This document shows, piece after piece, positions 17,249 through 24,000 of a DNA stretch of 24,000 bases (its first letter is position 1; every line of letters begins with the position of its first letter). The translations under genes and the position numbers were made by a program. The stretch is taken from the NCBI GenBank assembly GCA_040386395.1, contig JAZKFO010000001.1, positions 61,285 through 85,284 on the forward strand. The letters are read 5' to 3'. Source of the DNA: Pseudomonadota bacterium. GTDB taxonomy: Bacteria; Pseudomonadota; Gammaproteobacteria; Nevskiales; Nevskiaceae. The notes under the pieces are model-generated. The model searched no databases. It was not told where the DNA came from and saw only the letters and a list, made by a program, of their open reading frames with translations.

Positions 17249-17254
17249 TATAAT
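17249..17254 (+). promoter_or_regulatory. consensus TATAAT hexamer 6 nt upstream of the smpB ATG
   Basis: cctataattttgcgATG read directly. There is no convincing -35 or TG extension, and no Shine-Dalgarno between it and the ATG. Confidence 0.25.
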
Positions 17255-17260
17255 TTTGCG

Positions 17261-17749
17261 ATGAGCACCCACAACAAGAAAGACAAAGACCCGGACCGGC
17301 TCATTGCCGCCAACAAGCGCGCGCGCTACGAGTACTTCATCGAAGACAGCTACGAAGCCGGCCTGATGCTCGAAGGCTGGGAGGTGAAAAGCCTGCGCGA
17401 AGGCCGCGCCCAGATCACTGAAGCCTACGTGATCATCAAGAAGGAAGAAGCCTGGCTGATCGGCGCGCACTTCATCCCCCTGAAGCAGACCTGCACGCAT
17501 GTGTTTGCCGATGCCACCCGCACCCGCAAGCTCTTGATGAACCGCAAGGAACTCTCGGTGCTGGTGGGAAAGGTCGAACGCGCCGGCTACACACTGATCC
17601 CACTCGACCTGCACTGGACCGATGGCCGCGCCAAGCTGCAAGTGGGTCTCGCCAAGGGCAAGAAGAGCCACGACAAGCGCGACACCATCAAGGAGCGGGA
17701 CTGGCAGCGTGAGCAGGGCCGCGTCATGCGTAGTGTGGCCAAGAGCTGA
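17261..17749 (+). CDS. smpB: SsrA-binding protein SmpB
   Basis: IAANKRARYEYFIEDSYEAGLMLEGWEVKSLREGR...AYVIIK..EAWLIGAHFIP...RTRKLLMNRKEL...GYTLIPL.L......AKLQVGLAKGKK.HDKR...KERDWQRE. Lies immediately upstream of ssrA. Confidence 0.95.
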   Translation: MSTHNKKDKDPDRLIAANKRARYEYFIEDSYEAGLMLEGWEVKSLREGRAQITEAYVIIKKEEAWLIGAHFIPLKQTCTHVFADATRTRKLLMNRKELSVLVGKVERAGYTLIPLDLHWTDGRAKLQVGLAKGKKSHDKRDTIKERDWQREQGRVMRSVAKS

Positions 17750-17839
17750 CCCTCTGGCAGATCCCACCCTCGCCAGTCCTGCGTCATTCGCGTTGCTCGC
17801 ATCCCGCTTCGCGGGAGCCCTGCTCGGCAGCTCATGCCG

Positions 17840-17890
17840 GACTGGCAGCGCGAGCAGGGCCGGGTGATGCGCAGTGTGGCCAAGAGCTGA
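17840..17890 (+). repeat. second copy of the last 16 codons plus stop of smpB (direct repeat of 17699-17749)
   Basis: 47/51 nt are identical. The four differences (cgt/cgc, cgc/cgg, gtc/gtg, cgt/cgc) are all third-position synonymous, so both copies encode DWQREQGRVMRSVAKS*. The offset is 141 nt (47 codons), in the smpB frame. Confidence 0.85.
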
Positions 17891-17943
17891 ACCGGTAGAG
17901 CAAACAAATCCTCCACCAAGCCGTTGAAGACCGCCAAAGCGCC

Positions 17944-17949
17944 TATACT
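17944..17949 (+). promoter_or_regulatory. possible ssrA -10 element (TATACT)
   Basis: TATACT ends 10 nt before the mature tmRNA 5' end. The nearest -35-like TTGAAG (17924-17929) has only a 14-nt spacer, so the call is weak. Confidence 0.3.
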
Positions 17950-17959
17950 TCTTATTCAC

Positions 17960-18316
17960 GGGGGTGACATGGTTTCGACAGCGGTATTGAAGCCCAACGT
18001 GCATGCCGAGATGCCAGCTTCCTCGTTAAACTTGTTGGCAAACAAGCTAGTTGCGAACGACGCTAACTACGCCCTCGCCGCCTAATCCCGGCGAGTGGAT
18101 GCCCCTCTAGTGCTGGTGATGGGGGGTGCATCCATCGACTCTCACCAGACCGCCCCTGCGTTCGCTCTTAACGCCGGGGTCAAAACCCAAGGAGATAAGT
18201 GACACTGTTCCGTGCCCATCCGGCAGGTGTCATCGAAAACCAATGAGCGGGCTAAGCATGTAGATCGAAGGATGGAGAATCGTTGGACGCGGGTTCAATT
18301 CCCGCCACCTCCACCA
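17960..18316 (+). ncRNA. ssrA: tmRNA (SsrA), one-piece, 357 nt
   Basis: 5' GGGGGUG pairs with 3' CACCUCC-ACCA, including the G3:U alanine identity pair. T-arm GCGGG-UUCAAUU-CCCGC. Tag frame GCG AAC GAC GCU AAC UAC GCC CUC GCC GCC UAA (18053-18085) encodes ANDANYALAA. Confidence 0.95.
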
Positions 18317-21300
18317 ATTTGTAGAGAAAGCTGACCGCCGCTGCCTAAGTCTGACTAACGAAGTCAATGACTTAGACGCGGCGGTTTTTTCTTGTCCGTC
18401 GAACCTGTTGTCAGATTTAGGCACCAGTGGACACCAAGAAGGCACCACAGAGACACCAGAGACGTCCCGCGAAGGTGTCAGCTCAATCAGCAAATCGCCA
18501 GCGCGCACCACGTCTCCGGTATGGACGTGGATCGCCTTGATCGAGCCATCCTGGGCAGCGGCCACCAACGTCTCCATCTTCATGGCTTCGAGCGTCAGCA
18601 GCACCTCGCCCCTGGCGACCCGTTGGCCCACCTGCACGGCGAGGCGTGCGACGGTGCCGGGCATCGGGGCTGCGACTTCGAGCGGATTGCTCTCGCTCGC
18701 CTTGCGGCGCTCGTGTGCGGCCTTTACCCCCGCATGCTGGACGCGCACGCCGCGTGGCTGGCCGTTCAGCTCGTAGAACAGCTTGCTGGAACCCTCGCCA
18801 GGCAGATCGGTGCGGCCTTGCAGACGGATGACCAGCGTCTTGCCGGTATCGATGTCGACGCTGATCTCCTCGTTCTCGGCCAGGCCATAGAAGAAGCTGG
18901 TGGTCGGCAGCGCACTCACGTCCCCATAGGTCTTCTGGTGCTCGACATAATCCTTGTAGACCTTGGGATACATGAGGTGGCTGGCGAGATCGGCATCGCC
19001 CAGCTTCACGCCCAGATCGGCTTCGGCCCTGGTGCGCTCGGCTTCGAGATCGACAGCGGCCAGGCTTGCACCGGGGCGCTCGGTGAGTGCCGGTTTGCCA
19101 CGCAGAATCTTGGCTTGCAACGCCAGCGGCCAGCCCTCCGGCGGCAGGCCGAGTTCGCCGCGAAACAGCTGCACCACCGATTCCGGGAAGTCGATCACGA
19201 ACGCCGGGTCTGCCACCTGGGCGGGGGTCAGGCCCTGCGCCACCATGAACAGCGCCAGGTCGCCCACCACCTTGCTGCTGGGTGTGACTTTCACGATGTC
19301 GCCGAACAGACGGTTCACGTCCGCATAGGCTTGGCTGACCTGGCTCCAGCAGTCGGCGAGGCCCATGCTGCGCGCTTGTTCTCTCAGATTGGTGTACTGG
19401 CCGCCGGGCATCTCGTGACGATAGACATCCGCCGTGCCGCTGCGAATATCCGCCTCGAACGGCGCGTAGAAGCGCCGCACGCCTTCCCAGTAATCGCTGA
19501 GCTGCTGCATGGCGGCAGTATCCGTTTTCGGGTCGCGGGCATGGCCGATGAGAGCGGCGGCGACGCTGCCGAGATTGGGCTGGCTGGTGAGTCCGCTCAG
19601 GCTGTCGAGCGCGCCATCCACCGCATCACATCCGGCTTCCACCGCCGCCAGCACGCTGGCTGCTGCAATGCCGCTGGTGTCGTGGGTGTGGAAGTGGATG
19701 GGCAGTCCCACTTCCTGCTTGAGCGCGCGCACCAGCTCGAAGGCCGCACGCGGCTTGCAGATGCCGGCCATGTCCTTGATGCCGAGGATGTGCGCACCCG
19801 ACTTCTCCAGCGCCTTCGCCATCTTCACGTAGTAGGCGAGGTTGAACTTGGGCCGCGTGGCATCGAACAGATCGCCCGTGTAACAGAGCGTGCCCTCGCA
19901 GACGCCGCCCGCCTCGATCACCGCATCCATCGCCACCCGCATGTTCTCCACACTGTTGAGCGAGTCGAAGACGCGAAAGATGTCGATGCCCTCCGTCGCC
20001 GCCTGCTGCACGAAGTAACGCACCACGTTGTCTGCATAGTTGGTGTAGCCCACGGCATTGGCGGAGCGCAGCAGCATCTGGAAGGGGATGTTGGGCACCG
20101 CCTTGCGCAGCGCTCTCAAGCGCGCCCAGGGGTCTTCCTTGAGAAAGCGCAGCGCCACATCGAAAGTTGCACCGCCCCAGCATTCGAGCGAGAGCAGGTT
20201 CGGCAGCAGGCGCGCGTAGTGCGGGGCGATGGGCAGCATGTCGGCCGTGCGCATGCGGGTTGCGAACAGGCTCTGGTGCGCATCGCGCATCGAGGTGTCG
20301 GTGAGCAGCACCTGCGGTTGCGCCTTCATCCATTCCGCAAAGGCCTTGGCACCCTGAGTCTTCAGCAAGTCGCGAAGGCCGGTGGGGATGGGTGTGGCGA
20401 GATCGGTGGCCGGCAGCAGGGGCGCAGGCATGGCGGCGGTGGGCTTGGCCCTGCCCTTCATGTCGGGATTGCCGTTGACCACCACCTCGCCGATGAAGCT
20501 CAGCATCTTGGTCGCCCGGTCGAGCCTTGCGGTGAAGCGGAACAATTCCGGCGTGGTGTCGATGAAGCGCGTGGTCGCCTCGCCGCTGGCAAACAGCGGA
20601 TGGGCGATGACGTTTTCGAGGAACTGCAAATTGGTCGAGACGCCGCGAATGCGGAACTCGCGCAGGGCGCGGTCCATGCGGCGGATGGCGACATCGGCCT
20701 CCGGTGCCCAGGCGGTGACCTTCACCAGCAGGGAGTCGTAGTGCGGCGTGACGACGGCATTGGAATACACCGTGCCGCCATCGAGCCGGATGCCGAAGCC
20801 CGCCGGGCTGCGATACGCCGTGACACGGCCATGATCCGGCGTGAAGCCATTCTCCGGGTCTTCGGTGGTGACGCGGCATTGCAGGGCGTGGCCGCTGAGT
20901 CTGAGGTCTGCCTGCTTCGGCAGGCCCGCATCGCCAATGGTCGCGCCCTCGCTCACACGGATCTGCGCAGCGACGAGATCCACACCCGTCACCATCTCGG
21001 TCACGGTGTGTTCCACCTGGATGCGCGGATTGACCTCGATGAAATAGAAATGGCCGGTGTCGGCATCCATCAGGAACTCGACCGTGCCGGCATGCGAGTA
21101 GCCGACGCTGTTGCAAAGTCGCAGAGCCGCCGCACAGAGCGATTCGCGCTGTGCCTGATCCAGATACGGTGCCGGCGCACGCTCCACCACTTTCTGGTTG
21201 CGCCGCTGCACCGTGCAATCGCGCTCGAACAGATGCACCAGATTGCCGTGGCTGTCGCCCAGCACCTGCACCTCCACATGCCGGGCGCGGCGCACCAGCT

Positions 21301-21913
21301 TCTCGACATAGACCGCATCGTTGCCGAAGGCGGCGAGTGATTCGCGCCGCGCGGATTCCATCTGCGCGCCCAGCTCGGCCTCGCTCTCGATCACGCGCAT
21401 GCCGCGCCCGCCACCGCCCCAGCTGGCTTTCATCATTACTGGATAGCCAACCGCGGCCACCAGCGGCTTGCAGGCTTCGAGATCGCGCGGCAGCTCGCCG
21501 GTTGCAGGCAGCGTCGGCACTTTCGCCGCATCGGCGGCAGCACGCGCGGCCACCTTGTCGCCGAGCGTGCGCAGCACCTTGCTGCTGGGGCCAACGAAGC
21601 GAATGCCCGCCTCAACGCAGGCATCGGCGAAGTCCGGGTTTTCAGACAGGAATCCGTAGCCGGGATGGATTGCATCTACCCCCGCATCCACCGCGACGCG
21701 GATGATGTCGTGAATATCGAGATAGGCGGCGATGGGCTTCTTGCCCACACCCACCAGATAACTCTCGTCGGCCTTGAAACGGTGCAGCGCGAAGCGGTCT
21801 TCGTGGGCGTAGACCGCCACCGTGCGGATGCCCATCTCGGCAGCAGCGCGCATCACACGGATGCAGATTTCGCCACGATTGGCGACCAGCAGCTTCTTGA
21901 TCGGGAGGGGCAT
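18230..21913 (-). CDS. pyc: pyruvate carboxylase (single-chain); ORF runs 82 codons past the expected C-terminus
   Basis: Biotin carboxylase domain (KKLLVANRGEICIRVMRAA, MMKASWGGGGRGMRV). Carboxyltransferase domain (LLTDTSMRDAHQSLFATRMRT, IHFHTHDTSG). Biotinyl domain (LEAMKMET...GDVVRAGDLLIEL, ending at 18479). RBS GAGGAAAG before ATG 21913. The first in-frame stop is at 18230-18232, inside the tmRNA gene on the other strand. Confidence 0.9.
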   Translation of the reverse strand: MPLPIKKLLVANRGEICIRVMRAAAEMGIRTVAVYAHEDRFALHRFKADESYLVGVGKKPIAAYLDIHDIIRVAVDAGVDAIHPGYGFLSENPDFADACVEAGIRFVGPSSKVLRTLGDKVAARAAADAAKVPTLPATGELPRDLEACKPLVAAVGYPVMMKASWGGGGRGMRVIESEAELGAQMESARRESLAAFGNDAVYVEKLVRRARHVEVQVLGDSHGNLVHLFERDCTVQRRNQKVVERAPAPYLDQAQRESLCAAALRLCNSVGYSHAGTVEFLMDADTGHFYFIEVNPRIQVEHTVTEMVTGVDLVAAQIRVSEGATIGDAGLPKQADLRLSGHALQCRVTTEDPENGFTPDHGRVTAYRSPAGFGIRLDGGTVYSNAVVTPHYDSLLVKVTAWAPEADVAIRRMDRALREFRIRGVSTNLQFLENVIAHPLFASGEATTRFIDTTPELFRFTARLDRATKMLSFIGEVVVNGNPDMKGRAKPTAAMPAPLLPATDLATPIPTGLRDLLKTQGAKAFAEWMKAQPQVLLTDTSMRDAHQSLFATRMRTADMLPIAPHYARLLPNLLSLECWGGATFDVALRFLKEDPWARLRALRKAVPNIPFQMLLRSANAVGYTNYADNVVRYFVQQAATEGIDIFRVFDSLNSVENMRVAMDAVIEAGGVCEGTLCYTGDLFDATRPKFNLAYYVKMAKALEKSGAHILGIKDMAGICKPRAAFELVRALKQEVGLPIHFHTHDTSGIAAASVLAAVEAGCDAVDGALDSLSGLTSQPNLGSVAAALIGHARDPKTDTAAMQQLSDYWEGVRRFYAPFEADIRSGTADVYRHEMPGGQYTNLREQARSMGLADCWSQVSQAYADVNRLFGDIVKVTPSSKVVGDLALFMVAQGLTPAQVADPAFVIDFPESVVQLFRGELGLPPEGWPLALQAKILRGKPALTERPGASLAAVDLEAERTRAEADLGVKLGDADLASHLMYPKVYKDYVEHQKTYGDVSALPTTSFFYGLAENEEISVDIDTGKTLVIRLQGRTDLPGEGSSKLFYELNGQPRGVRVQHAGVKAAHERRKASESNPLEVAAPMPGTVARLAVQVGQRVARGEVLLTLEAMKMETLVAAAQDGSIKAIHVHTGDVVRAGDLLIELTPSRDVSGVSVVPSWCPLVPKSDNRFDGQEKTAASKSLTSLVRLRQRRSAFSTNWWRWRELNPRPTILHPSIYMLSPLIGFR
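18334..18393 (+). terminator. rho-independent terminator of ssrA (long interrupted hairpin plus T6)
   Basis: ACCGCCGC-tgc-CTAAGTC-TGACT-aacga-AGTCA-at-GACTTAG-ac-GCGGCGGT, followed by TTTTTT (18385-18390). Confidence 0.8.
18420..18458. repeat. four direct GRCACCA heptamers phased at 10-11 bp
   Basis: GGCACCA 18420, GACACCA 18430, GGCACCA 18441 and GACACCA 18452 amount to two copies of a unit of about 21-22 bp. An inverted GGTGTC at 18474-18479 can pair with the fourth heptamer. Confidence 0.55.
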
Positions 21914-22074
21914 CTAACTTTCCTCAACTTGGGAGCGGCTGGACGAAGTGCTGCCTTGCAGTACGGGGCACGGGACACCCTCATCCTGGGGACTTCACTG
22001 GTCGCTGTCGAGAGTGGACGCGGCAATCAACCCGGCACGGAGGCTGCTCTGCAATCCGGCACCAACGCTGGCAA

Positions 22075-24000
22075 CTACCGTAGCAGCCCCTTGGACATGC
22101 GCTTGTCCTCCGCGCGTGCGGCGGCGAAATAGGCCGGCTTCAGATAGCGCACAAGGCCCTCCTGCTGGCGATCGAGCTGGTGCTGGGCGAGTGCTGTCAA
22201 GGTCTGCGCGGTGTCGTTCAAGGCGGTCTCCAGCGCGGGCAGCAGCTCGGCGCCGCCCCGCTCGTGGGCGCGCTGCCGCAGGCGAAGCAGATCGAGATAG
22301 CGTTCGGCACCGGTGTACAGCTCGACGTTGGCATCGCCGGGCGGCAGGTCCAGCGACTCCATCACGGTGGTCAATTGGTCGGGCCCGCCCAGCGCGTCCA
22401 GCGCCTTGGTGAGGCCGCCGGACCTGACCAGCGACTGGCGCTCGGCGATGGCTTTTTTTTGGCCCTCCATCGCGGCGAGGGCCTGGGTGTACGCCGCATT
22501 GGCGCGCACCGGATCGCCGAGCTTGTCGTGGGCGAGGGCAACGGCGAGCAGGCCCTCCTGCACGGCGAGGTCACGCGGGTCGCGCTCGCTCAGGTAGTTC
22601 CAGAAACTAAGGGCCCGGCGATAGCGCTCCTCGACCGTCTTCGCCGGCCGCTCGCGGGTGAAGCTGCTGGGGCCGGCCTGGCCCATGGTTTCCGGCTCGA
22701 GCGCACCGAGCTGGATCAGCGACTGACGCACCGGTGCCGGCAAGGGGTTGGAGGGATCCTCGTCCGCCTCCCCCACCCGCACGCGCAGCTGCTCTTCGCC
22801 GCCCGGTTCGAGCTGTGCCCAGCCCATGCCGAGCAGGGCGCGGTTGGCCGCCCTGCCCTCGCTCTTCACGCGGCCGAAAATGCCCATGGCGGTCGCACCC
22901 TGCTTGTCGGCGAGAAACTGCCAGCCCAGTGCCAGATTGGCCTGGTCGCGCAGCGCCAGCATCTCGCTATCGCGGCTCCGCAGTCGCCCGACGATGTCGA
23001 GCAGGCTCAGGCCCTGCGCCTTGTCGCCGGTGCGAACGAGCGCGATCGCGAGGTTGTAGCGGCGGTAGTTGGCGGTGCGCACCGCCTCGTCGGATTGATC
23101 CAGGTAGCGATAGGCATCGAGGTTCTCGCTGCCGTCCGGTTGCAGCGTGCGCAGGGCATCGGCGAAGCGCGCGCGGTCGAACCAGCCCTGCGCCCAGGCC
23201 AGCTGCCAGTCCTGCTGGCGGTCGGCGGGCAGGCGCTGGCGCAGCGGATGCAGCTGGCGGGATGCGGCGTCGCGGTTGCCGAGGCGGCGCTGCGCCTGGG
23301 CAATGCGCAGGCGCTCCAGCGCCACGGCTTCGGGCACCAGCCCTTCCTTGTCCAGGCGATCGCAGATCACGTTGGCCTCATCCGGCAGCTTGGCCTGCCG
23401 AAGCGAGGCGGCCAGCGCCAGCCAGTAAGTTTCAGGCAGCGCTGCCGAGCTTTTCTGTAATGCGAGCAGCTCCACCACCGCATCCTCGTGGCGGCCGAGA
23501 CGGTCCAGCGTGCTGGCGTGGCGCAGGCGCGGGTCCGTAACACTGCCGGGGACGAAGCCCTCCTCTGGGCCGGCCAGCCAGCCGAACCAGCTGGTGCTCA
23601 GTGCAAACCAGCCGCCGGCAGTGTCTTCGGTACTGTGTTGATGCAGTTCCAGCTGCGGTGCCGCGAACAGCGAGCCCGCCGTGAGGCGAAGTTCGACAGC
23701 AGCGTTTGGCGAGCCGAGAGCCAGCTCGGCCTCGACTTCGTAGTTCTGTGTGGCCGCATCGGGCTGCTCCCGATCAGCCAACTCGACGGCGGCCCGCAAA
23801 CGATGTGGCCCCGCTGGCAAGCTCGCCGCGTCGATGCGCAGCAGCGCTTCGCCCCCGGTCAGCACCTTCGCCTCTGCGGCGCTCAGCGCCTGTTCCACCG
23901 GCGTGCCGCCGTCCACCGTGATGCGGACCTTGCGCAGTTCGAGCTCGGCCGCCTCGCTGGCTAGGTAGATGCGCGCGCCGCTCTCGGCCGGCTGGCGCTC
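22075..24000 (-). CDS. TPR-like helical repeat protein; 5' end outside the window
   Basis: The frame stays open upstream of the track start (GTG 23916) to nt 24000. It contains long Ala/Leu/Arg-rich helical repeats with TPR-like spacing (e.g. ANLALGWQFLADKQGATAMGIFGRV, ALLGMGWAQL, AVALAHDKLGDPVRANAAYTQALA). No specific family recognised. Confidence 0.55.
   Translation of the reverse strand, partial: ERQPAESGARIYLASEAAELELRKVRITVDGGTPVEQALSAAEAKVLTGGEALLRIDAASLPAGPHRLRAAVELADREQPDAATQNYEVEAELALGSPNAAVELRLTAGSLFAAPQLELHQHSTEDTAGGWFALSTSWFGWLAGPEEGFVPGSVTDPRLRHASTLDRLGRHEDAVVELLALQKSSAALPETYWLALAASLRQAKLPDEANVICDRLDKEGLVPEAVALERLRIAQAQRRLGNRDAASRQLHPLRQRLPADRQQDWQLAWAQGWFDRARFADALRTLQPDGSENLDAYRYLDQSDEAVRTANYRRYNLAIALVRTGDKAQGLSLLDIVGRLRSRDSEMLALRDQANLALGWQFLADKQGATAMGIFGRVKSEGRAANRALLGMGWAQLEPGGEEQLRVRVGEADEDPSNPLPAPVRQSLIQLGALEPETMGQAGPSSFTRERPAKTVEERYRRALSFWNYLSERDPRDLAVQEGLLAVALAHDKLGDPVRANAAYTQALAAMEGQKKAIAERQSLVRSGGLTKALDALGGPDQLTTVMESLDLPPGDANVELYTGAERYLDLLRLRQRAHERGGAELLPALETALNDTAQTLTALAQHQLDRQQEGLVRYLKPAYFAAARAEDKRMSKGLLR

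Noticed and set aside
17802-17816. Hairpin TCCCGC-TTC-GCGGGA in the smpB-ssrA spacer as an smpB terminator
   Set aside because: It has a 3-nt loop and no following T-tract, so it is not a convincing intrinsic terminator.
17747-17839. smpB TGA as selenocysteine or programmed readthrough codon
   Set aside because: The only nearby hairpin (CTGGC-N13-GCCAG starting 6 nt after the TGA) is short and does not resemble a bacterial SECIS. The in-frame, stop-free spacer could easily arise by chance in GC-rich DNA. It is kept only as a side note in the duplication finding.
17219-18004. 261-aa minus-strand ORF
   Set aside because: It is antisense to smpB and runs into the tmRNA gene, and it has no recognisable motifs.
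17960-18480. Genomic island, integrase or IS element at the tmRNA 3' end; CRISPR arrays anywhere in the window
   Set aside because: No integrase- or transposase-like ORF, no duplicated tmRNA 3' end and no regularly spaced repeat-spacer array were seen in the window.
18392-21340. 982-aa plus-strand ORF antisense to pyc
   Set aside because: It lies entirely inside the well-supported pyc gene on the other strand. The product is Arg/Ala/His/Gly-rich and low in complexity, with no motifs. Long antisense ORFs are expected in GC-rich coding DNA.

Overview
GC-rich proteobacterial chromosomal segment. The fur/bamE and ratA-rnfH/smpB-ssrA synteny suggests a betaproteobacterium, but that is inference. 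All family calls are by eye from motifs; no searches were run. Left to right: (1) 3' part of a SulP/STAS anion permease. (2) A hydrolase, membrane di-iron desaturase and rubredoxin set; the 54-codon rubredoxin is absent from the ORF track, and the set converges on a large MalT/AlkS-like LuxR regulator. (3) A tightly packed seven-gene minus-strand operon (peroxiredoxin-like, 4-TM protein, DinB-like, membrane-anchored ATP-grasp, YHS-domain protein, DoxX, signal-peptide beta-rich protein), divergent from a LysR regulator. (4) A lipoprotein hydrolase translationally coupled to that LysR gene. (5) A fur, NRDE, redoxin lipoprotein and OlsF-like fused acyltransferase string. (6) bamE, rnfH, ratA, smpB, tmRNA (ssrA). 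(7) Pyruvate carboxylase and a TPR-like protein running off the window. No CRISPR, IS element, integrase or recognisable defence system was seen. The most unusual structure surrounds ssrA: a 51-nt in-frame copy of the smpB 3' end that differs only at synonymous sites, a pyc ORF with no stop at its expected end that reads through the ssrA terminator into the tmRNA gene, and a helically phased heptamer array. The seven-gene redox/ATP-grasp operon is the best candidate for an uncharacterised system.
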